Below, one piece after another: positions 8,846 through 18,430 of a stretch of DNA of 64,000 nt; the stretch's first letter is position 1, and each line of letters starts with the position of its first letter. Position numbers and translations under genes: made by a program. This DNA is from Planctomycetota bacterium (lineage in GTDB: Bacteria > Planctomycetota > GCA-002687715 > CAIWVZ01). The notes beneath the pieces are model-generated. The model was not told the origin of the DNA and ran no database searches. It saw only the letters and a program-made list of their open reading frames with translations. The stretch is taken from contig JBGANV010000001.1 in NCBI GenBank assembly GCA_044222185.1, positions 1,789,337 to 1,853,336 on the forward strand, read 5' to 3'.

Positions 8846-10392
8846 CGGTCCTGCGAAGCCGGCTCCTCGCACCCCTGGCGTCGACCCGCGGACGCATCTT
8901 CGTGACGTGCTGGATCCTCTTCGCAGTGCACTTCGCGCCGAACGTCGTGCGTGAGCACTACCCCGCATTCGCCCTGGTCTCGAACGGGAACTACCGGCTC
9001 GACGAGTACGTCGGCTTCCACTCCGACATCTTCGTGCACCAGGGTGACGGCCACGCCTACATCAACAACAACGTCGGCGCCTCCGTCGTCGCCGCCATAC
9101 CGTTGTTGATCTTCAGGCCCGTGCTCGACGCCCTCGAAGCCCACTCCAAGCGCCTCCTGAAGGACCATCCCGCCGCCGCCGACCCGCCGTTCGTGACCAA
9201 GTATCCCAATCGCGAGAAGTTCATGCGCATCGTGCGCGAGCACGGCCTGGACCTGCGATTCGGAGCCGCGGCCGCCATCACGGCGACGCTGGTCATGGCG
9301 CCGCTTTCGGCCTTGATGGCGCTCTTCATCTTCGACCAACTCAGGCGACGCGGCGTCTCCGTGAACCGCGCGACGATCCTCTCGTTCGTCTTCGCCTTCG
9401 GGACGCCGGTCTTCTTCCGCACGGCACACCTGAACCACAACATGATGGTCATGTACGGCACGTTCGGGGCGTTCTGTGCCCTTGCAACGGCTCTCGAAGG
9501 GACGACCCCGCTGACGGATCGGCGCGCGTTCGTCGCCGGGGTCCTGTGCGGCGCCGGAACCATGTGCGACTACAGCGGCACCATCCCGACAGCCGTGTTC
9601 GGCCTGGCCGTTCTGAAGCTCTCGTGGGCCGAGGGCCTTGGGACCGCAATCCGACGTGGAGCCGTGTACTCCCTGGGCGCACTCCTCCTGATCGCCATTC
9701 AGCTCCATTCCCAGTGGGCGTGCTTCGGTTCGTGGATCCATCCGCCCCAGACCTGGATGGCCGCGGCGAACTTCACGGACCTCGGATATCGGGGGTTCGC
9801 GCCGCCGGCCCCCGATCTTCTCCTCGACAACCTCTTCGAGCACCGCTGGGGGTTGTTCGCCTACGGTCCGATCCTCGTCCTCGGGCTGTGGCCGCCGCGT
9901 CGCGCCCCGGACGCCGCTCCCGGCCTCGCGAGGCGGACGTGGGTGTTCGCCATGTCGTTTGCACTGCCGTTCATGCTGTTCTGCGCGTCGAACCAATACG
10001 CGCGGATGCAATGGAACACGGGTGTGCGCTACCTGCTGCCGCTCGTGCCGTTCCTGTTCCTCGGCGCGGCGAACGTGCTCGCGCGCCTGCCGGGCTGGCT
10101 CCTCGCGGCCATCGCCGTACCCGCCGTCCTCCACGAATGGGTCCTCTGCCTTCGGCGCGACTGCGACATCCCGGGAGATTGGGCCCAGTTCCTTCAGGCA
10201 GGTCCCCGCCTGCCGTGGCTCGACGTCCTCTCGCGATCGCCGGCAGGTCGCACGTTCGCGCCGGAGGGCTCGATGCCCGCCATGGTCGTTCTCGCACTGA
10301 CGCTGGCCGCGATCACCGGGCTGTGGTGGCTTGGCCGGAAGGCCGAGGCTCGCCGCGCCGCGACGGCTTCAACAGGAACCACAGCAGCGTGA
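8842..10392 (+). CDS. Large polytopic membrane protein, function unknown (possible polysaccharide polymerase or glycosyltransferase-associated)
   Basis: GTG start overlapping the GT4 stop (GTGA). About 12 hydrophobic helices. Located inside the polysaccharide locus. Confidence 0.55.
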   Translation: MTVLRSRLLAPLASTRGRIFVTCWILFAVHFAPNVVREHYPAFALVSNGNYRLDEYVGFHSDIFVHQGDGHAYINNNVGASVVAAIPLLIFRPVLDALEAHSKRLLKDHPAAADPPFVTKYPNREKFMRIVREHGLDLRFGAAAAITATLVMAPLSALMALFIFDQLRRRGVSVNRATILSFVFAFGTPVFFRTAHLNHNMMVMYGTFGAFCALATALEGTTPLTDRRAFVAGVLCGAGTMCDYSGTIPTAVFGLAVLKLSWAEGLGTAIRRGAVYSLGALLLIAIQLHSQWACFGSWIHPPQTWMAAANFTDLGYRGFAPPAPDLLLDNLFEHRWGLFAYGPILVLGLWPPRRAPDAAPGLARRTWVFAMSFALPFMLFCASNQYARMQWNTGVRYLLPLVPFLFLGAANVLARLPGWLLAAIAVPAVLHEWVLCLRRDCDIPGDWAQFLQAGPRLPWLDVLSRSPAGRTFAPEGSMPAMVVLALTLAAITGLWWLGRKAEARRAATASTGTTAA

Positions 10393-11629
10393 CCATGACC
10401 CAGTTGGTTGCTTCGGCGCCCACGAAGACGAGCGCCGCGCGCGGGGGATCGAGGTCACGGCCCGCGGCCGCGTAGCAGCAGATGCCGGCGGCCGTCGCCA
10501 CGAGTGCGCCGACCATCTCGCCGCGCAGCTGTCCGCGAGCGACGAGTCCGAACCGCATGTTGCCGCTGAGGAACGCGATCGCCGGCACGAGACACATGAC
10601 TTTCAGGTGACCGGCGGCAGCGGCGAAGTCCGGTCCGCCGAGGATCCCCGTAACCACTCCCGCCAGCGCGAGGACTCCGGCAATCAGTCCCACGGCGAAT
10701 CCCCCCGTGATCAGGGTCGATCGCCAGACGGCGCGCGAGAGTCGTTCGCCGCCGTCGGTTTCGTCACCGTGGGCGAGCCGGGACCACGTGGGCAGGAGGT
10801 TGAAGAACCAAAGCCACACGACGGCATGCATGGCGACGACGAGGCGGTGCGCCGCACCGAACGCGCCGATGTCGGCCGACGGGTTCGCCAGTCCGAGAGC
10901 GACCGGAGGTGCGAAGAAACGCGCGGCCCAGGCGATCGTGCTCAACGACAACGGCCACGCCTCTGCGGCGATGGCTCGCGCACCGCGCGCGGCGCCCGAG
11001 AAATCCATGGGGCCGGTGCGCAGCCGGCCGGCGATCCGATGAAACGCGACGACGATTCCACAGGCCCCGGCCTGGATGAACGGTACGCGGAGTACGTCCT
11101 GTGGTGCTCGGACGAAGAGGTTCACGCCGAGGACCATCACCGCCTGCTCCAGAAGATTGCCCAGGACGACCGTCCCCATCTCACCGCGTCCTTGGAACAG
11201 CCATTCCGTGAGGGCCGCGCGCGCCACGAGGTAGAGGGGGTAGACGAGCAGCAGACTCGTCGCGGTTGGCGAGAGGCGACCGCTCGCGGCGATCACCAGG
11301 CACGTGCCGGCGGCGACCGCGACGAGGAGCCCGCGCAGGAGCGTGATGCGGGCCACGAGCCGCGCGGCATCCGCCGGCACCCTCGCGACGGCACGCGCCC
11401 CGAACGGGCCCAGACCCGATTCGATGACGAGGGCAGCCCCGAACGTCACGTTGAATGCCACCTCGAACTGCCCGTAAACCTGGCTGCCAAGAGCTGCCGT
11501 CAAGCTGTGCAGGATGGCGTAGAACCACACCAGCTTCCCCGCCACGTCGCCCGCCACGAGGAGGACGAAACCGCGCCGAAGCCTCCGGCCGGCTGCGTTT
11601 TCCGTGGGTTGCGACGATGGATCCTGCAT
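10313..11629 (-). CDS. Wzx-like oligosaccharide flippase (MOP/polysaccharide biosynthesis protein family)
   Basis: 438 aa with ~12 TM helices. Overall architecture and context match polysaccharide-biosynthesis flippases. Its 3' end overlaps the convergent gene by 80 nt. Confidence 0.65.
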   Translation of the reverse strand: MQDPSSQPTENAAGRRLRRGFVLLVAGDVAGKLVWFYAILHSLTAALGSQVYGQFEVAFNVTFGAALVIESGLGPFGARAVARVPADAARLVARITLLRGLLVAVAAGTCLVIAASGRLSPTATSLLLVYPLYLVARAALTEWLFQGRGEMGTVVLGNLLEQAVMVLGVNLFVRAPQDVLRVPFIQAGACGIVVAFHRIAGRLRTGPMDFSGAARGARAIAAEAWPLSLSTIAWAARFFAPPVALGLANPSADIGAFGAAHRLVVAMHAVVWLWFFNLLPTWSRLAHGDETDGGERLSRAVWRSTLITGGFAVGLIAGVLALAGVVTGILGGPDFAAAAGHLKVMCLVPAIAFLSGNMRFGLVARGQLRGEMVGALVATAAGICCYAAAGRDLDPPRAALVFVGAEATNWVMVTLLWFLLKPSRRGEPRPSGQATTAR

Positions 11630-11836
11630 GGGGCGGGAGGATAACCGGGACCGCGCGCACCGGCCCCGTCATGGCCCGGCCGGGTTGTTCCGCGGGGTCG
11701 TTCCCGATTACGCTCTTCGGGTCACCCGGGCACGCAGGTGAAGCGATGCTGCGCCGCAGCGTCACGTGCCCGCGACTCGATCCGAAACGGATTGGGCCCC
11801 GGACTTCCAGTTCCGCGAGCCCCCCGGAGATTCAGC

Positions 11837-13117
11837 ATGAAGCGTCTGATCCTCCTTTGCGCCCTCGTCACGCCGATCACGTTCGGCCAGATCGTCTACG
11901 CGCCGAACACGTGCGCCGCGCCCTATCAGATCTTCGACGGCATCAATCCCCAGCCCGCCGTCAGCGGTTACGTGTTCTCGAACGCGGCCTCGCTCCCTGG
12001 CAACGAACCGGGCTTCAGCTCGGCGAGCTGCGGCTTCGGCGGCAACCCCGGGTCCCGTGACGTCTTCTTCACCTACACGGCGACGGCGTCGGGGACCATC
12101 GCGTTCCAGACCTGCACGCCGCCGGGCTTCACCGCGGGGACGTTGTCCAACACGCAAGTGACCGTCCACGACACGTCATGCCCGGGCACGCTCACGAACC
12201 TCGCCTGCAACGACGACTCCTGCGGACTCCTGTCGTCCGCGAGCCTGTCCGTCGTGTCGGGGACGACGTACTTCGTGCGCGTCGCGGGCTACGTCGGCGC
12301 CACGGGAACGTTCTACCTGACCGTCACGCCCGCCCAGCCGCCACCCGCGAACGACGCGTGTGCGAACGCGATTCCGATCACGGACGGTCTGACCACGAGC
12401 ACCTGCGTGGGTGCCGCCACGGAAGCCGGGCTCCCCGCCGCCTGCGCGACGTTCACCTCGGACGTCTGGTTCTCGTACACGAACCCCTCGTCCACCTGCC
12501 CGGCGAGCGTGACGATCGACATGTGCACCGTCACGACGAATGCCTTCGACTCCGTGCTCGTCGTGTGGACCGGCACCTGTGGGAGCCTCACGCAGCTGGC
12601 CTGCAACGATGACTTCTGCGCAGCATCAGGGGCGCCGTCGCACGTCGTCTTCGCGCTCACGCCCGGCCAGACGGTGCTGATCTCGGTGGGGGCCTGGTCG
12701 AATTCCCAGGCGTACCCCTTCGCGATGAACGTGACGCACCACACCGCCGTGACCCAGGTCGTCGGAACGAGCTGCCCGAACTCGGGAATCTCGTTCTCGA
12801 CCACGCTTCCCGTGCTGGGGCAGACGTCGACGATCTCGCTCACGGGGGCCACGCCGTCCGTGTTCGGGTCGATGTTCGTGAGCCTCCCGACGCCGGCCTA
12901 CACGCCCATCGGAGCGTGCAACGTCTACGTCGACGTCTTCACCATGTTCGAGCTGCTGCAGTTCGCCACGGACACGGCCGGCGCGCTGACGCTGACGGTC
13001 CCGCTCCCGAACGACCCGCTCCTCGAGTGCGCGAGCGTCCACCTCCAGTGCGTCGATTTCGGCGGCAGCGCCGGGTTCGAGCTCTCGAACGGCGTGCTCG
13101 TGACCTTGGGCTTCTGA
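11837..13117 (+). CDS. Secreted protein with two tandem Cys-containing repeat domains (conserved LACNDD-x-C motif)
   Basis: Signal peptide MKRLILLCALVTPITFGQ. Internal duplication of ~150 aa, each copy ending in a LACNDDSC/LACNDDFC motif followed by a short beta-rich segment. Confidence 0.55.
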   Translation: MKRLILLCALVTPITFGQIVYAPNTCAAPYQIFDGINPQPAVSGYVFSNAASLPGNEPGFSSASCGFGGNPGSRDVFFTYTATASGTIAFQTCTPPGFTAGTLSNTQVTVHDTSCPGTLTNLACNDDSCGLLSSASLSVVSGTTYFVRVAGYVGATGTFYLTVTPAQPPPANDACANAIPITDGLTTSTCVGAATEAGLPAACATFTSDVWFSYTNPSSTCPASVTIDMCTVTTNAFDSVLVVWTGTCGSLTQLACNDDFCAASGAPSHVVFALTPGQTVLISVGAWSNSQAYPFAMNVTHHTAVTQVVGTSCPNSGISFSTTLPVLGQTSTISLTGATPSVFGSMFVSLPTPAYTPIGACNVYVDVFTMFELLQFATDTAGALTLTVPLPNDPLLECASVHLQCVDFGGSAGFELSNGVLVTLGF

Positions 13118-13139
13118 GCCGCGTGATGGAGAGTCGGGC

Positions 13140-14084
13140 GTGAACGCGCCCGACTCCGAGCACGACCTGCCCGCACTCTCGGTGATCCTCACCGTCGTCA
13201 GCGGGCTCCCGTCCGTGCGACGCACGCTTTCGGCGCTGGCACCGATCGCCGGCGACGTCGAAATCCTCGTCCCGGTCGAGTCGGAGCGGCGAGACGTGCT
13301 GGACCTCGCCGCCCAGTTCCCCGGGGTCCGATTCCTCGACCTGGGCGTCCTCCCGCTCGACGCCCGCAACCCGGGGCCCGAGCGCGAGCACGAGTGCTAC
13401 GACCGCCGCCGCGCCGCGGGCGTCCTCGCCTCACGAGGCTCCGTGATCGCGATCCTCGAGGACCACGGGACGCCGGCACCAGGCTGGGCCGAAGCCGTGA
13501 TCGCAGCCCATCGCCGCCTCCCGCACGCGGCCATCGGCGGCGTGGTCACCAACGCGATCCACAGGCCGCGACAGGACGCGCTGTGGCTTTGCGACTTCCA
13601 CCGCTACGCCCCCCCAAGGCCGCCCGGGCCCACCAACGCGCTGACGGACGTGAACGTCTCGTACAAGCGCCCCCCGCTGTTCGCTCTGAAAGCGTGTTGG
13701 CATGACCGCTACCACGAACCCGTCGTCCACTCCGGCCTTCTGCAAGGCGGCGAAATCCTCTGGCTGGATCCGCAGCTCGTCATCGCCCAGGAACGACCGG
13801 AGCGGAGCCTCGGCGCACTCGTCGCCGAGCGGTACGCCTGGGGTCGCCTTTTCGGCGTCATCCGTGCGGGCATCCTCCCGAGATACGCGTCCAGACTGAT
13901 GGGCGTGGCCGCGCTCGCGCTCCCACCGCTGCTTTTGTGGCGAATCCTGCGGTCGGCCCCCGGTCGGATCCCGTTCGGGCGTCTCCTTCGCGCGCTCCCG
14001 TGGCTGAGCCTGCTCGTCACCGCCTGGTCGGTCGGCGAGTCGGCGGGCTGCCTTCGCGGCCGGTCTCGGGACTCCCTCCCTTGA
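13140..14084 (+). CDS. Divergent GT2-like glycosyltransferase
   Basis: N-terminal LSVILTVVSG...DVEILVPVES resembles the GT2 Rossmann-like start. The rest is weakly similar and the C-terminus is hydrophobic. Confidence 0.5.
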   Translation: MNAPDSEHDLPALSVILTVVSGLPSVRRTLSALAPIAGDVEILVPVESERRDVLDLAAQFPGVRFLDLGVLPLDARNPGPEREHECYDRRRAAGVLASRGSVIAILEDHGTPAPGWAEAVIAAHRRLPHAAIGGVVTNAIHRPRQDALWLCDFHRYAPPRPPGPTNALTDVNVSYKRPPLFALKACWHDRYHEPVVHSGLLQGGEILWLDPQLVIAQERPERSLGALVAERYAWGRLFGVIRAGILPRYASRLMGVAALALPPLLLWRILRSAPGRIPFGRLLRALPWLSLLVTAWSVGESAGCLRGRSRDSLP

Positions 14085-14119
14085 GCCCGCTACAATCCCC
14101 GGCCGATCAAAGAGATGCG

Positions 14120-15028
14120 ATGAGTGCAGCGAAGTCGGAAGAGGGCCGGCCTCACCCGGAGGTCACCGTCGTGATCCCTGCCTACAACGAGCGGGACGGG
14201 ATTGCGCGGACGGTCCGCGAGATCAACTCCGTCCTTTCGGGGGCGGGGATCGCGTTCGAGGTCATCGTCGTCGACGACGGCTCGACCGACGGCACCCCCG
14301 AGGCCGCGGAGGCCGAGGCCTGTCGCGTGATCCGCGCCCACCGGAACTCGGGGTACGGGGCGTCCCTGAAGCGTGGGATCGCGGCGGCGCATTCGGACCG
14401 CATCGCGATCATCGACGCCGACGGCACCTACCCGGCGACGGCGTTGCCCGAACTCGTGCGGCGCTCGCGCACCGTCGACATGGTCGTCGGCGCCCGGACG
14501 GGGCAGAACGTCAACATCCCGCTCCAGCGTCGACCCGCGAAGGCGTTCATCACGTGGCTCGCGGGCTACCTCTGCGGGCGGCACATCCCCGATCTGAACT
14601 CCGGGCTGCGCATCTTCCGTCGCAAGCACGCGCTGCGGTTCGCGCGCATCCTGCCCGCCGGCTTCTCCTTCACGACGACGATCACGCTCGCGCTGCTCTG
14701 CAACGACTACGCCGTCGACTACGTGAGCATCGATTATCACAAGCGGATCGGGACGTCGAAGATCCGCGCACGCCACGCCTACGACTTCACGCTCCTGATC
14801 CTCCGGTGCATCGTCCTCTTCAATCCGCTGAAGGTCTTCCTGCCCGTCGGCGCCGTGCTCGCGATCCTCGGGTTCGCGAAGTTCATCTACGACTGCATGA
14901 AGGAGAATCTCAGCGAGAGCGCCGTCATGTGCATCCTCGGCGCCATCATCGTCTGGTGCGTGGGCCTGCTCGCCGACCAGAACACGCGCCTCGGGCTGGA
15001 CCCCCGCGCGTGGGACGAAGAGGACTGA
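14120..15028 (+). CDS. Polyprenyl-phosphate sugar synthase-type GT2 (GtrB/ArnC/DPM1-like) with C-terminal TM helices
   Basis: VTVVIPAYNE, VVDDGSTDGT and IIDADGTYP motifs. Two C-terminal TM helices. Start chosen at MSAAKSEE after the upstream stop. Confidence 0.8.
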   Translation: MSAAKSEEGRPHPEVTVVIPAYNERDGIARTVREINSVLSGAGIAFEVIVVDDGSTDGTPEAAEAEACRVIRAHRNSGYGASLKRGIAAAHSDRIAIIDADGTYPATALPELVRRSRTVDMVVGARTGQNVNIPLQRRPAKAFITWLAGYLCGRHIPDLNSGLRIFRRKHALRFARILPAGFSFTTTITLALLCNDYAVDYVSIDYHKRIGTSKIRARHAYDFTLLILRCIVLFNPLKVFLPVGAVLAILGFAKFIYDCMKENLSESAVMCILGAIIVWCVGLLADQNTRLGLDPRAWDEED

Positions 15029-15034
15029 CGGGCC

Positions 15035-16012
15035 ATGCCGAGTCGCCGCGCCCTGAAGGTCGGGATCAAGCTCGTGCTCACGGCCGTCGCCCTCGTCGTC
15101 GTGCTCCGATGGGTGGGTGCGGACAACGTGCGGCAACTGCTGCGGTCGGTTTCCGTCGTCGACTGGACGATCAGCCTGGCGCTCTTCTGCACGATCCACG
15201 CGGTCGCCAGCCTCAAATGGCGGCTGTTCATCGGACTGTGCGGAGGTCGACTCTCGGTCGGGGCCACGTTGCGCTGCTACGCCGCGGGGCTGTTCGCAAA
15301 CCTCTGCCTGCCGTCCATGATCGGTGGTGACGTCATGCGCGCGGGTCTCGCGGCGAAGGCGAACAAGCGGAAGGAAGCCGTCGTCCTCGGAAGCCTCGTC
15401 GATCGATTCTCCGATTTCGTCGGTCTCGCGCTCATCGCGGTCTGGGGACTCCTCCTCGCGATCTCCGGCTCGACCGGAAGCCAGGGCTCCATCGACACGG
15501 GAAAGAACACCCTCGTCGCGTTCTTCGTCAGCGCGGCGGCCCTCGTCGTCGGGGTCGTCATCCTGACACGACTCCGCCCCAAGCCTTCGTGGCCCCCCAG
15601 GGTCCGGTTCGCCATGCTTCGCGGCGCGCTCGCGGTGAGGAAGCTGCGGCGTCGCGGCCTGACGGCGGCTCTCGGCCTCTGCGCATCGGCAGCGTTGCAG
15701 GTGGCACTGCTCCTCGTCCACCGGCGACTGGCCGTCACCATGGGGATGCCCGCGAGTCTCCCGGCATGGTTGTTCGTCTGGCCACTCGCGAAGATCGCAG
15801 CCATGCTGCCGCTCAGCCTGGGCGGTCTCGGTGTCCGCGAGGCGGCGTTTGCGTCGCTCGGAGCCGGCATGGGGTTCCCGAAGGATCTCGCGGTTGCGTG
15901 CTCACTCGCCTGGCAGTGCGTTCTGATCAGCGGAGGACTCGTCGGAGGTGCCATCTGGGGTCTCTACCGCGAGCCGTCGCGCCGCGCGCAGGCGGAGGTC
16001 GCGACACCATGA
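15035..16012 (+). CDS. UPF0104/YbhN-family membrane protein (lysyl-PG-synthase TM-region-like, flippase-like)
   Basis: 325 aa with ~8 TM helices. Its sequence character is that of the family often paired with GtrB-like GT2 enzymes. ATGA overlap with the next gene. Confidence 0.6.
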   Translation: MPSRRALKVGIKLVLTAVALVVVLRWVGADNVRQLLRSVSVVDWTISLALFCTIHAVASLKWRLFIGLCGGRLSVGATLRCYAAGLFANLCLPSMIGGDVMRAGLAAKANKRKEAVVLGSLVDRFSDFVGLALIAVWGLLLAISGSTGSQGSIDTGKNTLVAFFVSAAALVVGVVILTRLRPKPSWPPRVRFAMLRGALAVRKLRRRGLTAALGLCASAALQVALLLVHRRLAVTMGMPASLPAWLFVWPLAKIAAMLPLSLGGLGVREAAFASLGAGMGFPKDLAVACSLAWQCVLISGGLVGGAIWGLYREPSRRAQAEVATP

Positions 16013-17433
16013 GCGAACCGCACGTCGTCATCCTCGGCAGCGGGCCCGCGGGACTCGGTGCCGCCTACCGCCTTCGGCGCGACCTCGGAGTCCGCGCAAC
16101 GGTGCTCGAGCAGGCCCCGAGCGTCGGCGGATGCGCCGGCGGTTTCGAGTTCGAAGGCATCCACTGCGACTTCGGAAGCCATCGGCTCCACCCGAGCACG
16201 CCGCCGGACGTCATGGCCGACATCCGGTCCCTCCTGGGTCCGGACCTCCTCGATCGGCCGCGCCATGGACGGATCCGTCTCATGGGTCGCTGGATCCACT
16301 TCCCGTTGAAGCCCCTCGACCTGGCGCTCCGAGCGCATCCGCGATTCGGGCTGGGCGTCGTGAAGGACGGCCTCACGAAAGCCCTCGGCAGGCGCGCGAG
16401 CGCATCCCCGGAGACGTTCGCATCGATCCTCGAGTCGGGCCTCGGCTCCACGATCTGCCGCCAGTTCTACTTCCCCTACGCATGGAAGATGTGGGGGCAG
16501 GACCCGGTGACACTCTCTCCGATCCAGGCGCGCAAACGTGTCTCCGCAGGCTCACTCGGCCGCATGGTGAAACGGATCCTGGGCGCAGTGCCCGGGTTCA
16601 AGAAGCCAGGCTCGGGGCGATTCTTCTACCCGAAGCAGGGCTTCGGTCAGATCTGTCGTGCCTACCACGAAGCGGCGACGCGGCTTGGGGCCGAGTTCAC
16701 GATGAAGGCTCGAGTCACCGCCATCGATCGCGACGCACGCGGCGTGACCGGAGTGCGCTACGAGTCCGAAGGCGTCGAGCGCAGGATCGACACCGGGCAC
16801 GTCTGGTCGACGATCCCGATCACGCGGCTTGCGTCCATGCTTGCGCCTCCGCCGCCTGGCGAGATCGTGCGCGCCGCCAGCGCGATCACGTTCCGCTCCA
16901 TGGTGCTCGCGTACCTGGTGGTGCCCGTGAGCCAGTTCACCGAGTTCGACGCCCATTATTTTCCGGAGACGGAGATCCCGTTCACGCGGCTGTCTGAACC
17001 GAAGAATTACTCGGTGAGCACGGAGCCGCCCAAGACCACCATCCTGTGCGCGGAGATCCCGTGCGCGCGAACCGACGCCGTGTGGACCATGTCGGATGAG
17101 GACCTGGGCCGGCTCGTCTCCGACGGACTGGCGAAGGCCGGACTTCGACTGCCGGCGCCTCCCATCCGCGTGGCATCACGCCGACTCGAGAACGCCTACC
17201 CGATCTACGGCATCGGCTACGAGCAGGCGTTCGACGCGCTCGATGCGTGGGTGGCGGAGATCCCAGGCCTGCTGAGCTTCGGTCGCCTCGGCTTGTTCGC
17301 ACACGACAACACTCATCACGCTCTGCACATGGCGTACGCAGCGACGAGCTGCCTCGCCCGCGACGGACGATTCGATACAAAAGCGTGGGCCGGACACCGT
17401 GACGCATTCCGTGCGCACGTCGTCGAGGACTGA
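16009..17433 (+). CDS. FAD-dependent flavoenzyme of the UDP-galactopyranose mutase-like type (NDP-sugar pyranose/furanose mutase candidate)
   Basis: N-terminal VVILGSGPAGLGAAYRL Rossmann motif. YAWKMWG matches the YTxKQWG signature of UDP-galactopyranose mutases (I recall E. coli Glf as GYTEKQWG). PFTRLSEPKNY matches the PYTRIIEHKHF pattern that I recall in Glf. Confidence 0.55.
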   Translation: MSEPHVVILGSGPAGLGAAYRLRRDLGVRATVLEQAPSVGGCAGGFEFEGIHCDFGSHRLHPSTPPDVMADIRSLLGPDLLDRPRHGRIRLMGRWIHFPLKPLDLALRAHPRFGLGVVKDGLTKALGRRASASPETFASILESGLGSTICRQFYFPYAWKMWGQDPVTLSPIQARKRVSAGSLGRMVKRILGAVPGFKKPGSGRFFYPKQGFGQICRAYHEAATRLGAEFTMKARVTAIDRDARGVTGVRYESEGVERRIDTGHVWSTIPITRLASMLAPPPPGEIVRAASAITFRSMVLAYLVVPVSQFTEFDAHYFPETEIPFTRLSEPKNYSVSTEPPKTTILCAEIPCARTDAVWTMSDEDLGRLVSDGLAKAGLRLPAPPIRVASRRLENAYPIYGIGYEQAFDALDAWVAEIPGLLSFGRLGLFAHDNTHHALHMAYAATSCLARDGRFDTKAWAGHRDAFRAHVVED

Positions 17434-17449
17434 CGCTGGAGACGCTCTC

Positions 17450-18430
17450 ATGAAGATCCTGATCACCGGCGGTGCCGGATTCGTAGGCTCGCATCTCTGC
17501 GAAACGCTCGTCGCACGCGGGCACGAACTCGTGGTCATCGACGACCTCTCGACGGGTCGGATCGAGAACATCGCCCACCTGGAGAAGAGCGGGAAGGTCC
17601 GCATCGTCGTCGACAGCGTCGCCCGCGAATCGCTCGTCGAGGAACTGGTGCGCGCGACTGACAAGGTTTTCCACCTCGCCGCCGCCGTCGGCGTCAGACT
17701 GATCCTCGAACAGCCGACTCACACGATCGAGACGAACATCGCGGGAACGGAGGTCGTCCTCCGCTACGCGTCGCGCTATCGCCGGCCCGTGCTGATCACT
17801 TCCACGTCCGAGGTCTACGGAAAGAGCGAGCACGTCCCCTTCCGCGAGGAGGACGACGTGCTGCTCGGGCCGACGAACCGCCAACGCTGGGCGTATGCGG
17901 CATCGAAGATGGTCGACGAGTTTCTCGCGCTCGCGTACTGGCAGGAAAAGCGCCTCCCGGTCGTGATCGCACGGCTTTTCAACACCGTGGGCCCGCGCCA
18001 GACCGGCCGCTACGGCATGGTCATTCCGCGGCTCGCGGCCCAGGCCATCGCTGGCGAGCCCCTCACCGTTTACGGCGACGGCGAGCAGAGCCGCTGCTTT
18101 GGCTCCGTGCGCGACGTCGTCGAGGGTCTCGCTCGACTCATGGACTGCGAAGGCGCCATCGGCGAGGTCGTGAACCTGGGCAACCCCCAGGAAGTGACGA
18201 TCAACGAGCTCGCACGGTTGATCATCGAGATCGCAGGCAGCCGCTCCGAAGTCCGGCACATCCCGTACGACCAGGCCTTCGCGGCCGGATTCGAGGACAT
18301 GCGGCGGCGCATTCCCGACATCACCAAGGCCCGGCGACTGATCGGATTCGAGCCGAAGGACGACCTGCGAAGCATCATCACGGCCGTGGTCGCCGATCAG
18401 CGCAAGCGCGGTCGCAACCATGACGGCTGA
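17450..18430 (+). CDS. UDP-glucuronate decarboxylase (UDP-xylose synthase, UXS-type extended SDR)
   Basis: ILITGGAGFVGSHL, STSEVYG, ARLFNTVGPR, LTVYGDGEQSRCF and VNLGNPQE align closely with eukaryotic and bacterial UXS enzymes. Confidence 0.8.
   Translation: MKILITGGAGFVGSHLCETLVARGHELVVIDDLSTGRIENIAHLEKSGKVRIVVDSVARESLVEELVRATDKVFHLAAAVGVRLILEQPTHTIETNIAGTEVVLRYASRYRRPVLITSTSEVYGKSEHVPFREEDDVLLGPTNRQRWAYAASKMVDEFLALAYWQEKRLPVVIARLFNTVGPRQTGRYGMVIPRLAAQAIAGEPLTVYGDGEQSRCFGSVRDVVEGLARLMDCEGAIGEVVNLGNPQEVTINELARLIIEIAGSRSEVRHIPYDQAFAAGFEDMRRRIPDITKARRLIGFEPKDDLRSIITAVVADQRKRGRNHDG

Noticed and set aside
15589-16008. Upstream in-frame extensions of the UGM-like (15589-16008), GtrB-like (13937-14119) and GT-C (32165-33091) ORFs
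   Set aside because: The extensions overlap the preceding genes (or the divergent STAS gene). They are Arg/Pro-rich and precede well-defined conserved N-terminal motifs. Downstream starts adjacent to the upstream stop codons were preferred.
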